Assembly: GCA_030704615.1 (NCBI GenBank)
Contig: CM060732.1
Coordinates: 15,562,001-15,626,000, forward strand
Direction of reading: 5' to 3'
Source: Takakia lepidozioides
Taxonomy: Eukaryota; Plantae; Bryophyta
Length of the DNA stretch: 64,000 nucleotides
In this document: positions 10,916 to 23,634 of the stretch, one piece after another
Numbering within the stretch: the stretch's first letter is position 1
Layout of the letters: every line of letters starts with the position of its first letter
Notes under the pieces: model-generated
Database searches by the model: none
What the model saw: the letters and a program-made list of their open reading frames with translations, nothing else
Told to the model about the DNA's origin: nothing
Program-made: the position numbers and the translations under genes

Positions 10916-13900
10916 TTATGGTGCCTCTGATGTGATCATACTAGTTTCTGCGTGTAACTCATAGGAAGGGAAGCCCGGCGAGACATTGAAACTGGCAAAT
11001 TGACCTGATAGATTGCTGTCCATGTCTTGCCACAACAATGAGTCGTTGAAGTAACTGGTATTAGCATCTAGGTATTTTCCAATAATATTGACCTGCTCTT
11101 CAGGGCTAGGATCTAAGAAGCTCTCAATATCGCCCTCTCCCTCTTCTGATGGAAATGTCCAATCGTCGCTTCCCCTGCTCGATTCAGTTGACATTTGTCC
11201 TTCCATGCTGTCCAAATCAGATGATCCTGTCAGATGGCCTGCTCCCAAACGGGGCATCTGAGAGTTAACTTGACTCTCTGTAGTGGGGGAAACAACCGTC
11301 GAGCTAAACACTTCTGAACCATCGGTTTCGGTCTTTTCTGAATCCAGTTGTTTGCAATCTTCGGGTGAGGACATGCACACCTCCACTTGAACGTCAGCCA
11401 CACGGCTACTTCTATGTTGCCTCTTTTTCGTGAGGGCGCTAGAGCAAGTGTGATTACCTACATAGATCACCTCGAAGGTAGAGGGATCGTTATCCATCTG
11501 TTTTACCATCTTCTTAGCAGGGCACTCCTTTAAGCTGCATTTGTAGTACCCTCTGTTGGCCACACAACAGCGTAACATGAGCATATCAGTTTGACTTCAT
11601 GTCAAAATATTTAGGTGCAATGGGGAAATATACGTTGGTACCTCTAATCATGTATGTACCCGCACGGGCTGCTAGCAGCTGTAATCCATTTGCTCAGGAA
11701 TTGGCGGTCCCAATCTCTCCCGTGGAAGCTAAGTCATGTTATGAGTTCTAAACTTGGATGTTCTGAAGATTAATGCTGTTCTGGCCTCCTCAAGCTGTCA
11801 CAGAAATGCAGTTCTGGGTGCCCAATAGATCGTCACATAGGTCCACAAACAAGGAAACGGAGTAGAAAACATCCCAACGTCTAGAACTTGATTTGATTAA
11901 ATGATAATGTATGTACACTACTCACGACTGTACATACCTATGACTCTAGTTGGAAACTTAAGTCCCTACACTTAGATACAGATTGAACGTATTTATGCTC
12001 CATTGCACCTGTTTCAAGACCTCAGGTCTAATCTAGAGAGATGTCCAAACATTCAAACGAAAATCACTATCTCTACAAGTTGCACATACAGTGTGACATT
12101 TGAAATCTGGCCTGGTCTTGCTGTGTGCAACACAAGAGCTCTAGTTTCTTCCTACGTGCTTCACTGGATATTCTACTGGCTAGGTAGGAGCAACATCTGT
12201 GACCGGGCTCTGCAGTCCTGGTGCTGGGCAGCACGCCCTTTACATAGATCTATAATGCACTATACTTAAGAGAAATGCATGCAGCTTCTAAACCAACACT
12301 TCTGCTGATTGGGTTTTCACACCGGTGATCTAAGTTTAAATATTTACCTGCAAAAACTTGCATTTTGGATAGACTTGTTGCCATATTTCTTCCAGCCCCG
12401 GTGCCCATCGTCTGGTATACCCTTCTTGGAGTCCGCCCCAGGTGTTATACGCTGGTATATTACAGCTGGTTTGGGATCTTTCTCACTCGCTTCTCTGAAT
12501 ATCGAAAGAAATCGTGTCAAGCCAGCAATGACGATGCCCATGCTCTTTCCTACTGATCACGTGACCCACCTAGCAGGAAATTGGACCACGAAAGCCTAAT
12601 GGAGGAGCTTTACTTGTGTCGCCCGAATTATATCTCGCTGATCTGAACTATATAACCTGGTCTTCAATGAACATACCACGGTGAATGATAAACAGTACCT
12701 GTCACGCTTTTGACGGCCGACGGAACTAGTCGGTCGTTTTGGCCGGACTCTGCGGCAGTTAGACAGAACCTCTGAAGGCTGATTCAAGCTTCCTCCAGCG
12801 TCTAAAAGTGAGACGGTATTTTCTGCAGTATCAGCCACTTTTCTAGTGCGAGCTGGAGCATCCAAGGTGATCTGGGAGGAAGAGCTCCCATCAGGAATTG
12901 TGAGTCCGGTGAAGTTGGGGGGCAAGGGTGTGCTCGAGATAGGTAGTTCCCAGCCTGAATCCAATAGCAAGTCTGCGAAATTCTGTCCTTCCCGATGCTC
13001 CATGTCAGCACCCACCAGAGACGGTACTGGCAATGGTTCACATGTACATACAGGTGAAAACATTCAACTTTCAGTCTCGAAGTCTTGGAAGGATCGACTC
13101 GCTTTTAAAGCGATGAAACTATTTATACGAAACAGACAGGTCTATCAAAGCTGTGGGCCGCTTGATTTGGGTCATCTTTCCTGAATCCTCTGCCAGGCTT
13201 CAGCATATCTCGACTTGACAAAATCATTGCAATTTTAGGACTGGTTTATAGTGCTTCATCTACAAAATTGTCGCTCACAAGTGCCTGAAACGACTGGATC
13301 AATTTTGGGCCCCGTTAAGGGTTAAGTCTCATGTACTATCACTCGCGTTATGTCGCATGTACTGGTCATTGTGTAGTATGAGTAGGGAAGTAAAGAAACA
13401 AATGCGTGGACCCAAACGAAATCGTATGTGTGAGGCACGTACCTGATAGGATCGGCTCAGCCGTCTCGACGAAGGAGGTAAGGGGACTGGGTCCGCTGCC
13501 CGACTTGACTGCGCCTGGATAACAAAAGGGTGTGCTTAGAAGCGACCGAGGCGAGCACAACAAATTCTCTGTCCGCAAAGGAACTCGAAGGGGGCTCAGA
13601 GGCTTATTTAGCTTTAGCTTCGAAGATGTATAATTTACAGCCAAGGGCTCCACTTTGGGCTGTACAAGAGAGCTGCTCATATTTACTGGAAATCTCGACA
13701 CCTGCGGGACTAGTCCTGTACATGCTGCCTGTGCCGGAACTTTCGAGTGAATCACAATCTCTTTTAGGCGACAGAGGGCGAGCTGACACCAATCCATGGA
13801 GTTCTCCAGCTTAGCTTTTAAGGCCCGAAAAACTGTGGGTGGAATCAGTTCAGTGGTGATCAGGCCCGTTTCGAAGTCCACGCAAGCGCCATCATGGGAG

Positions 13901-14043
13901 TGTAGCATAAGCATGCCCCACAGGTCCTCCTGGTGTATTATGGCCCTGCCTAGCATCTCTTCCACCTTTTCCACACTCTGTGCCGAAGCCCATTGCCCGC
14001 TTAGCGTCATACCCGTGCCTTCCAAGCACAAAAATCCGTCCAT
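10916..14043 (-). CDS. WRKY transcription factor, group III-like, variant WKKYGNK domain (4 exons, ~570 aa)
   Basis: Exons 14043-13443, 13026-12699, 12494-12348, 11552-10916 (1713 nt, in frame, GT-AG). DDGHRGWKKYGNK...R|GYYKC-x4-C-x23-HTC with the conserved phase-2 R-type intron; N-terminal amphipathic helices. Confidence 0.9.
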
Positions 14044-17000
14044 TTCAGACAGTGATTCCGACCAAATGACTAGCTGACCGGACTCTTCTTGGTGATTTCC
14101 TCCTCTCTGTGAAAAACGACTAGGGAGGCGCACACACCAGAGTCGAACACTGACGGGAATCAAGTACTAGTATTTGGCTGTTACCACACTATTGGACATC
14201 GCAGGTCCCAGCAGGTTTCTGAGCGTAGGTTACAACGTTGCCTCCTCAGATGACCTCGAACCCTGCACTAATAACCATGCTGTACACCTACAGCGTCCAC
14301 AGAAACCTGTTGGCCAAGGATCCCTGTTTTCCTACGCCCTTGTTCTCACTCTCCCACTAACCACCAATGACCATTCTCATTTCACCAGATTCCGAGGATC
14401 CACAACTTGTACATATTCTTCAATCCATGCACTGTCTTGAACGTCCCTATCTTGCTGGTGACCGACACAGGCTCAATCTGTGACGCAGCAGGCTTGTGTC
14501 TCGATAGAGAAGTATTAACTGACTCTGCGATCTAGAGATGGGCAAGCGCAGAGAGGGCGGCCAGGTGGGGCATGGCGTGATCCTTGCAGTAGAGATGCAC
14601 ACAAGAGATTAATTCCGCAACCTGCCCCAGGTGGAGGATACATGTATACTCTTAGACGAGGGTGGACCCGCGTCCCCTCTCGCCCCCAAATTGAGGAGCA
14701 GAGCAGCTTCGCTGCGACCTCCCACTTTCAAACATCCCATCCCAGTCCTGGCTGCCCCTCCACGTCAACGGAGGCCGTTCGTGGATGAAATTCATCCAAG
14801 GTCATTCTCATCCACTAGAGATAGTTAGTCTTCCTCAGTTAGGTTTGCTGGGGGCAGTTTAGCAAACACCAGGTAACCACATTTAGTTAGCTATTGGACA
14901 GATTCCGCACCCAACCGTGCACATTACGTAAGACGTAGAGTTCCTGCCCCAAGTGTTTTCCCGGACTTGAGAACCCTGGCCCTAGGGCAGATTCAAAAAA
15001 TGTGGGAAAACACGGTTTTGACCGGAATGACTTGGTTGGGGTCGGACGACTTTGGTGTGCAGAAAGATTTGATACGACAAATACCGATATACGTTGGGGG
15101 GGGTAGTAGCGCCGCCTTCCCGGAATTTCCTACCAATTTTGTGGGAGGTATGTTGAAACGCATTGTGGTCGATGATACGGAAGCGAATTGGACGACAAAA
15201 TCCGTCATTGATGTTGATAACGGCACAAGAGAAACCAATACAGTCAGTGGACAGCATGTAGATTCTGTGGAGTAGGAAGTTACACCGGCAATTGCTATAA
15301 TTAGGAAAACTGCATAACATCTTGGATTTGACTTTTAGATGAATGAAGAGTATCAAAGAGTCTAACAGAAGAAGCATACCGGTGCAAAGGGTCACATTAT
15401 GTGGGAATTACACCTATTTTAAGTCACATGTAGAGTTGATCTTGGGATCAAAATGTACTAGAGAACGGGCGGTGTTTGGTCGGTGTTTGGTCGATTCTGC
15501 CCTGTAAGCGGTCTCGTCAGGGCGAGCCCTATGGCCGCGCACAGGGCAGCCGTTCACTGGCGTTAAAAGCAGGGTGTGGCGTATTCTGGCCGCCTGGCGC
15601 AATATGATTGGGGTTCAATTATCCCATATCGATTGCCCAGATTCAGAGCCCCCAGAGGATATAAATGGGGCGAGTCTCAAAGGGAAGTTTAGTGGGTTGA
15701 TGGCTGATGACATGGGCCTGGGTGGTAGCTCTGTCGTCCTCGGTGCATAATCGGCCACCTATGCCGAATAGGCAGTACACTCTGTGGTCGATTCAGCCTG
15801 AGAATCAGTCGAAAAAACGGCAGAATACGCCACACCTGCTTCTAACGTAATTAACGTGCGCCAGAGGGCGGCTAACGAAAGCCACAAGACCACCTAGGTG
15901 TTTTGGCGTGTAACGGGAGTGGGAGGGGACCGGGCCGGCAATTCCATTTTTTCCGTCCTAACCGGGAGGGTCAAGTCACGTCACGCCGCATTGGAGGGTA
16001 GAGGCTAGTGCTGTTCCCACTGATGTTCTAAAGCGTACTGAAAACTTTACACGGGACGAAATGTTGAGAGGCTTTGTTTCTTCTGTTTGTCCTTGTTTTG
16101 TGAGAGTGTGCTGGTATCTGCACATTCATCCATATGATCTGCCGTTATACGAGAATTCTTCATACACCCCACAAATGAGCGCCCAAAATGTGGTGGTGGG
16201 TAGAACACCGGGACCGGTTGGACCGGTGATTTGGTGTTTTTGGTCCCTGGATGCTTGAACCGCGGGCTTTCAATGGAAAACTAATGTCCATGTGGTAGTC
16301 CAATCTCCAGCAGCCAAAAGTTACGACGGGTTATGATCCTGACTCTTGACAAAGCGGTCAAAGAAGAATTTAAGTTTTGCCGTTGTTTTGCCAAGTGTTT
16401 GGGAAGTTTGGAACGCAAGCGATTGAGCTACAGTCGGTCCTGCTTTAATGTTAGGCCTTCTAGAGTATGAAATTTCTAACAGATAGCCAGGTATCACATA
16501 TAACCGGAAAGCAGGGAGAATTTTCATAAATTATCAGTTACAAGAGGCACGGTAAACCAGGTCCTGCCAATGAAAGATAACATTTAATCATTGAGTAGGT
16601 TGAAAATATGAAAGAATGTCGGTTTGTCGACAAGTAGAATGCCTAGCTAAAATCACTTCCTTCTAGATTGCTAAACACTTCACGAGACAAGCACTAGTAT
16701 CAGTGTTTTGCTGCGCAAGATATAAATGTAAAGTGTCAATGGCAGCTTGAAATCTAACTATGGAATCTAACTACTAAGGAGGTGCGTTAACACTATGAAG
16801 AGTAGGATAAACTAACAATTAACCACTTAACACTCTTGGCATGGTTTCTAGTGTATTTTTTTTTCAGAGTATCAAAACCGTAACATTTACAGTGAAATAA
16901 CACATAAGCAGGAAACAATAAGGCAGGGTCGACTGTACCATGAAAAGCAAATGCCTAAAATAGAAACAAAATCAATTTAGTCACTGGGACACTCTACACC

Positions 17001-17714
17001 AAGTTTATTTTGGCCGTCCGCCTCAAGTGCATGAAAGACAGCTTTGACCACGGGTTTCATGGGCGGTGTCTAAAGTGTCCTAGTGTGCCCCATTCTGCAA
17101 CCTGATTAAATTCCATGTTTTCACAGTACTCTTTTATGTTTCCCACATCAAATCTTGCAGAGCTATTGTTATTGTTACAGTGTTACACCGCATAGCTTTA
17201 TAAAAAGACCCCCAGTGGGGTGACTGTATAAATGGTCCCCAAGAGGAAAAACAAAAAGCTCGTAGAGCTAGTTACAGTATTGTTACAGTAGTCACTAGGA
17301 CAAGAGGGAGGTCTTCAACATTCATTATGAAGGGGAATATATATATATTAAAGAAAACACCCAAGAGTGACTGACTGGAACCCAATTTCCAAGACAATTT
17401 CATTTTTATTATGTAGGTATTTATTTTGTGCAGACATCCCCATGGTATCATATTTCCTATCGGACAGTTTTTTCTTGCCTCGCTATCTGCCATGTTCATC
17501 TCGAACAAGCCCTGCTTACCTTGCAGACCAGGCACAGAGGCCTTACAGTAGGCCTGCGGCTGCAGTTGCAAATGCAGTTGTTTACTGATAGGATTTTAGG
17601 CAAATGGTTCCTCTTCTTTTCTCATAGATCCCCATGTTACAGCAATGTCTATTTCCCTTACATCATTGTCTGCTCCTCTCCACCTTTGTAGAGCTAGTTT
17701 GCTTTGGTTTGGGG

Positions 17715-17857
17715 GAAGTTCCCCCACAGTGAGCCTTTACGGCCTCCCAGGTGGTTATTTTTTCCACCCAATGTGAACACTATTTTATTTAATTTGATTA
17801 AAAGGGCCATTGTCCCCTTTCTCTGAAAAACAATAAATAAATAAAAATAAAAATAAA
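17715..17857 (+). mobile_element. 5'-truncated SINE-like 3' tail
   Basis: GGTTATTTTTTCC...AAAGGGCC...CCCCTTT followed by an (AAATA)n tail; similar to the 3' parts of the neighbouring SINEs. Confidence 0.45.
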
Positions 17858-18027
17858 GTTTTCTATTGGCTCTGTCCCTTCAGAGACTTTGCAAGTCAAT
17901 GGAGAATTGTGGTCAACTGACCTTACACCGTGTCAAGAGTATGATTGGTCTAAAAAAACTCTCAATTATAAACCAAGTGGCAAAATTGTTGCTTCAATGG
18001 ACAGAGCCACTAGCGGTTTGCGACTTG

Positions 18028-18276
18028 TTTTTTTAATAGCAAGGGGAATACCCCAGGCCGACCGCTCACAAATCTGGCCCCTTAGTTATAGTGAGAGGAG
18101 AAAATAACCTCTTTCACAGTAACCTCGCCATGAGGCGCCGAGCCCAAGGCTCAAGGCACTCCGCCCAAGGGAAGGGGGAGAAGACTATACCACACCTGAC
18201 AAGATAGCAGGATTTGAACCCAGAATCATCTGGGTGGCACTCAGTGCTCTATCAACTGAGCTACCGACTGGTGGTT
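18028..18276 (-). mobile_element. tRNA-derived SINE
   Basis: Minus-strand head AACCACCAGTCGGTAGCTCAGTTGATAGAGC...GGGTTCAAATCC (Pol III A and B boxes), body shared with 20401-20616, A-rich tail. Confidence 0.8.
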
Positions 18277-18770
18277 AAAGTTAGTAATTATTTGCAACTC
18301 TAAAAGTAGCTGATTGCAGTCTTTTGAACTTGGGCCTATGCTTTTGCCTTGGGGGGTTTGTTTTTCTCTTGGAAAAGGGGACAGCATAGCCTTACCAAGT
18401 AACCTTTGGGGATCGGAACCCACAAGTATATCTGCCAACAGGTTCACCAATACATAGCCGTAAACCTTGTCATGGAAAAAAGAACCATACAATCTAGGCT
18501 AAACATAAGATCAGAAAGACTACCGTCTGAAACAGATAGCTGTAAGGTTGATAAAGGAGTATAAGAAACAGCAAGAAATCAGGGCCTCCTAAAGCTTACG
18601 GCAGAGAGGTTCGAAGTTCAGACGTGACTTAGTCTTAGAGTTCCTATTCTTGTGATGCTGCCAAGTGATTTCAAAGTCATATCTGTCACCTAGAATGGGC
18701 CCCATGTTAGGAGATAGAGGGAAGTCACTCCTTGACTGCTGTGAGTTTAGTGCATGTCATGCCTTAAAAA

Positions 18771-19077
18771 CCAACATTTAGCCTAGTGGGAAGGGCATAC
18801 ACCACTTCACTAGTGGTTGTGGGTTCAAACTATATGTTGGATGTCATAAAGGTGTCGGAAGGTAGTAGCCCTTGGGGGGTCCGAGCAACACCATAATTTA
18901 CCCTTGCTTCGGCAAAGAGTCCATTTTTATTTCTCATCCCATAGGGCCTTTAGGGTTCTTGTCCCTCGCCTATTTAATAGAGATCTTTGGGTATGGGCCC
19001 ATTAAAAGATAAAGGCCCTCTAATAAAGCTCCAAGGGCTTCCTCCCCTTTCTCCCCAAAAAAAAAGAAAAAAAAGAA
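18771..19077 (+). mobile_element. tRNA-derived SINE (second family)
   Basis: TAGCCTAGTGG (A box, 18779) and GGTTCAAACT (B box, 18822), ending in poly(A) at 19057-19077. Confidence 0.7.
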
Positions 19078-20159
19078 GGCACGATGCAAAAAAGAAAATA
19101 GTTCTTTGTTAAAAGATTAAAATAATGACGATATTGCAAGTAAATTCGGAAGGGCAGGTATGGGGGTCGAATTTTTGACATTTGTTCCTGGGAGGGCTTT
19201 TTTTTAAGTTTTTTCGGCAGTCTGTTTTTGCATTTAATTTTCATCGGACAGCGTAGGCAGGTACGGTATCAATAATATATTTCACACAACAGTGCATGCA
19301 GTTATACTTTAGTGACGAATAATGATAAACACATTGAGAACTCACAGTAAAGCATTGGGCACAAACAACCCATGATCTGAGGTGGTGCCACCAACTTTCA
19401 ACCATCCATCCATCCATGTCTTCCATGCGTTGATGCACTTTCACTAAACAAGATGTATGTGCCAAAACAGTGAATATTTTTAATCAAACAGTCCACTCTG
19501 ATGCAAATTTTGGTATCCATGACCATTGATCGGTGGGCCCCGAAGCAGAGGGTCAAGCCCACCCCCGACAATCCGTTTTTGCGATTCCCGACCAAGGAAA
19601 CTTTTTGCTGCTTGCCCCACTCCAGGTTGTTGGTTGTTTGCTTGTTGGGTCGTCGTCCTCTACAGAACAAAACACAACAGAGGGATCCAAAAATATATAT
19701 ATATTTTTCGTGGAGTTGGGGGGAGAAGGGATGATTCTCATGTCAAAGATGGTCACTAATGACCGGTGGAGCCATTCTTGCAAAATTCAAAGATCCAAGG
19801 ACAAGTAGGATCCTAGTCAAGACTCTTGAGGGATGATGGACGGCAATGGGTGAGTCATGACGTGCATTCGGGACAAAGAGAATGGCATCAACTGTATAGA
19901 TACTAATAGATCGTACAGGACCAGTTGAGGCTAATGAAGTGGCATATACATATATGTATGACTACCCATAATACTTTCCGGGAGCCCGGTGATATAGAGT
20001 GAATCAAGTGAAAATCCACCATAGAGTTGCCAAGGGTTTCTTTTCTTTTCCTTTTTGGTGAAAGGACACAGGGAAAAAATTATCGTATGTCATACAGTAG
20101 GGATACGTCCATAGTCTATAACACCCTACACCAGGCAAACTAGAAAAGTACCAAGGGGG

Positions 20160-20360
20160 TTTTATTCTTTTTTGGAAAGGAAACCTGTGAGCAATTCAGC
20201 CCCTTTACAAGAGGAAGGGGAAAATAACACCCTTTCATTTAAAGGGCCGTGAGAGACCCGCAGGCCACAAAAATACCACACTCGGCAAGGTATCTGGATT
20301 TGAGCCCCAAATCCGTGGTTGCACATAGTGCTATAGTACACTGAGCTACCGACTTGTGGT
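20160..20360 (-). mobile_element. tRNA-derived SINE
   Basis: Minus-strand head ACCACAAGTCGGTAGCTCAGTG...GGCTCAAATCC, A-rich tail; related to 18028-18276. Confidence 0.75.
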
Positions 20361-20400
20361 ACCAGGGTTTTTTTTTTTTTTTTTTTTCCGTATATATATG

Positions 20401-20616
20401 TTTTTCAATTTTATAAAGGGAAACACCTGGGAGCGACAGCTCACAAATCAGGACCCTTAGTTAGTGAGAGGTGAAAATAACCTCTTTCACAGTAACGGCG
20501 CCATGGAGGCGTATGCCGCCCAGGGAAGGGGGCCGTCAAGTAGCAAGAATTGACCCCAGAATCATCTGGGTGGCACTATATGTGCACTTAACCCACTGAG
20601 CTACTGACTGTTGGTT
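20401..20616 (-). mobile_element. tRNA-derived SINE
   Basis: Shares GCTCACAAATC...GAAAATAACCTCTTTCACAGTAAC...CCCAGAATCATCTGGGTGGCACT...ACTGAGCTAC with 18028-18276. Confidence 0.8.
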
Positions 20617-23600
20617 GCACGTTTGCAAAGTGTTTTTTTTTTCTATAATACAGGGGACAGGGGCCTGGAGACTTTATTTGGAGTTATTAAGGGGGAAAAT
20701 AATTTGAATCCCGGGAAGACCATAACTGTGAAACAGTGCTGGCAAAGCCAACGAACCAATAGGACCCCAAGGGTGCATGAATAACACACTGACCACTAAG
20801 TAGCGCACTACTTAGGCACTGAACAGGTGAGTGACATGTAAGGAAATGTAACTAACATTGATTGTGGGCTTTCACGAGAATATTGTGGTGGCAAATATTG
20901 CGTGACAAACTTAGGCAAACATCACACCTCATATGGGTACGGAGACTAGTACTCCGTCTGTATAGATGATCCACATGTACTTACATTTCGTTATAAACAG
21001 GATATAAGTTTGTCACGGGAACATGTCCGATGAAGGCTACATATCGGTATTAATAAGCTATTCCCTTTCAAATGTTTAAACTATTGTAACCTTAGTTTAT
21101 AGGTTCTGACTGTAAATCTGCTGGGCGTTCAACAACAAACTTGACGTCTATGTTTTTAAAAGAGGAATTGGGGGGGGGGGGGGGGGGTTGTGCATGAAAT
21201 TTTCACACTCCAAAGAAAAGGTCTTTGTGGGTTTGTCAACTCTGTATGGTGAAAGAATAGATGCACCGAAATACATGGAGATAATTAGCGGGACGATGAA
21301 GAAAGTGGAAACACTGATCAAGAGCATGATCATGCCATGCAAAACAGATGATGAGTAGTGAAGAGCAAAAGTCGGGCCACGAGCCGCCGAGGGAAGGAGG
21401 AGGGAGGGCTGCAAAAGACGGACGGGACGCATGCTGGTAAGGCCCGCGTTGACGACGATCATTGCACACGCACAGGATCGTTTCCGCGTTTGACTTTGAA
21501 CGCAGCGGGCCTCATAAGGATTTGCGATTCGCGGTGTTCTATCGTCAACCCTTCATACCATTTATATACAAGCCACCCTCCTACTCCTCGGACCTCCTCT
21601 TCCTCTCGGCCTCCTCTTGAGGCATCCGACAGCCTGCTGCTGATGCGGCCCTCACCGAGGTTGAACATTTGTACTATATAATAGTTAGTGCAGCCCTCTG
21701 ACCTCCGGATTGCACTGTAATGAGTGACGCAATTAACTCTGTCCATGAGCGCGAAGATCGCCTGCTCGCTCCAAAACACCTCGTTACGTCACTGTGAACT
21801 GATGCCTCCCAGCGCACAAATGGCGTTGATCTAGCTCGGCGGGGATGAGGGAACATTACACTTTTCCTGCTTCTCGCTTCCACACTTGGACTGCCTCCAT
21901 GAAAAAATCTTGAAAAGGATATGAAGCCGAGCATTTGTAGGCATCCACATCGTGTCTGGAGGCCATCTCTTTCAAGCTTGTTGGAGTGATGGGTTTTATG
22001 GGTGATCCACAGGCACGATGCTGCACTTCCACGTAACTCTGCCACACAGTGACCCTTCTCTATCTACTGACGTTCTACGCTCCTTGGAAGATTTGACACT
22101 CAACGCAGACCACATAACTTAGGGAAGGTGAAATGCGCATCTTCAGTTGAGTGTACACTGTACACCTATATTGGGTCGGTTGAATTTTTATTGATTCTGA
22201 TTTTCTTGGAGATGTTAGGGCAGTCGTGGGCCCATACACACATGCAACGTAGCAGACTTTCCAATCAACTTTCGAGTGAAAACTGTTCAACGGGGTTGAC
22301 CCAACACGGGCTTCAAGCTATCAACCCCGACGGACCAACCCGCTTTGGACCCGCTTTGGACGCAGCCATGGCCATCGCCTATTTCCTCCCCCAAGTCACA
22401 ATATTGGAGCGCAGGTCCAACACACACAACAAGATATAGAGAAAAATCATTGGAAGGAGATTATACATCCCACCCTAAAGATTTTTCAGAATTGCCTGCA
22501 TGTCCATGTTCCGACCAATACTCAGACACCAGCAAATCTCTTCAATGATCTCCTGAGGACAGGTACCATTGCATCACATAATGTTAAAGGACAGGTTAAA
22601 GGACAGGTAAGGTGAAGCTGCCCCACTCTCTCACCTCCCCTCTCTGGGGGAGAGTTGGGCACTTGGGAGAGGTTGGCACTTTCCATCTTCATCGTCACTT
22701 TCAACATCACCACCAATGTGATGTTGATGCAAGTGCCAACCTCTTTGATTCAACAAACCACTCCCAAAGGCCAAAAGCACATTCCACCCCTTATTTCCTC
22801 AGACACCAATTGAACTCATAAATGTGGCACCCATGGACAGAAGTGTGTCCAATACAATTCTATATGGAAAGCAACAGGTTTGGGCTGCAGAAAAGAGTTC
22901 GCGAGTCAACCATGGTCAAGACACTAGAATAGAACACCATCACCCCTCAACCAGAGACTTGTGAATGAAAAGAGTTAATCCTACCAGATATTTTGATCGA
23001 CTAGCTCACTATTGGAGCTACTTACCAACATCCATGTTACAGTTCCCATCACATTCTATACAAATGGCAGCTGCCAGCGGTGGTCCCCAATCAGGACCCT
23101 TCCTAAGCCCACTTGTACCACATAACCGTGTGCAAACTAGTGTCAATATTAATGTCCACCCTGCCCCTTGAGAAACAAGGGCACCAGCTATTCATAGACT
23201 AAATGTGAGCGAGCAGGTGCCTAGGCAACATGCTGCTTTTAACACCAAATTCCATGTGGAGAGAAACACTAGGCATTCTAAAGTTCTAGTGTTTCAACAG
23301 TTCAAAGAACCCCCCATGTATTGAGCCCTAAAGTCAGTAACCAACCCTACCCCCTTATTTGATACATAACCCAACCGCACGGATCAATAAGGCAGAGTGT
23401 TGGTTTTTGAAAAACTAGCAAAAACGAGTAAGTTGTTGAAGTGCTGCTGTTCATTCCTCACCTCGCAGAATTCCATAATGGGAGGAGATTCAACGCAAGC
23501 AGGTGACCTCATGAAAATGGATGAAGGTGGTCCGATGTCGATGAAGAAGAAAGTGGTCTGACGGGGGTGGGGGGGAGGGAGAGCGGGGAGATGTAGGGGC

Positions 23601-23634
23601 AGGACTCTGTAAGGGGGCAACAATAGTAGAGCTC

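Noticed and set aside
15460-15850. ~30-bp inverted match (15561-15592 vs 15818-15848)
   Set aside because: Probably decayed TE sequence; no ends or TSD could be defined.
18190-18276. Functional tRNA genes in the 18-20.6 kb A/B-box sequences
   Set aside because: Cloverleaf stems are imperfect and each head is fused to a shared body and A-tail, i.e. SINEs.
21148-22440. Short ORFs or a possible miRNA locus
   Set aside because: No recognisable domain, splice pattern, conserved miRNA or convincing hairpin by eye; cannot be excluded without expression data.
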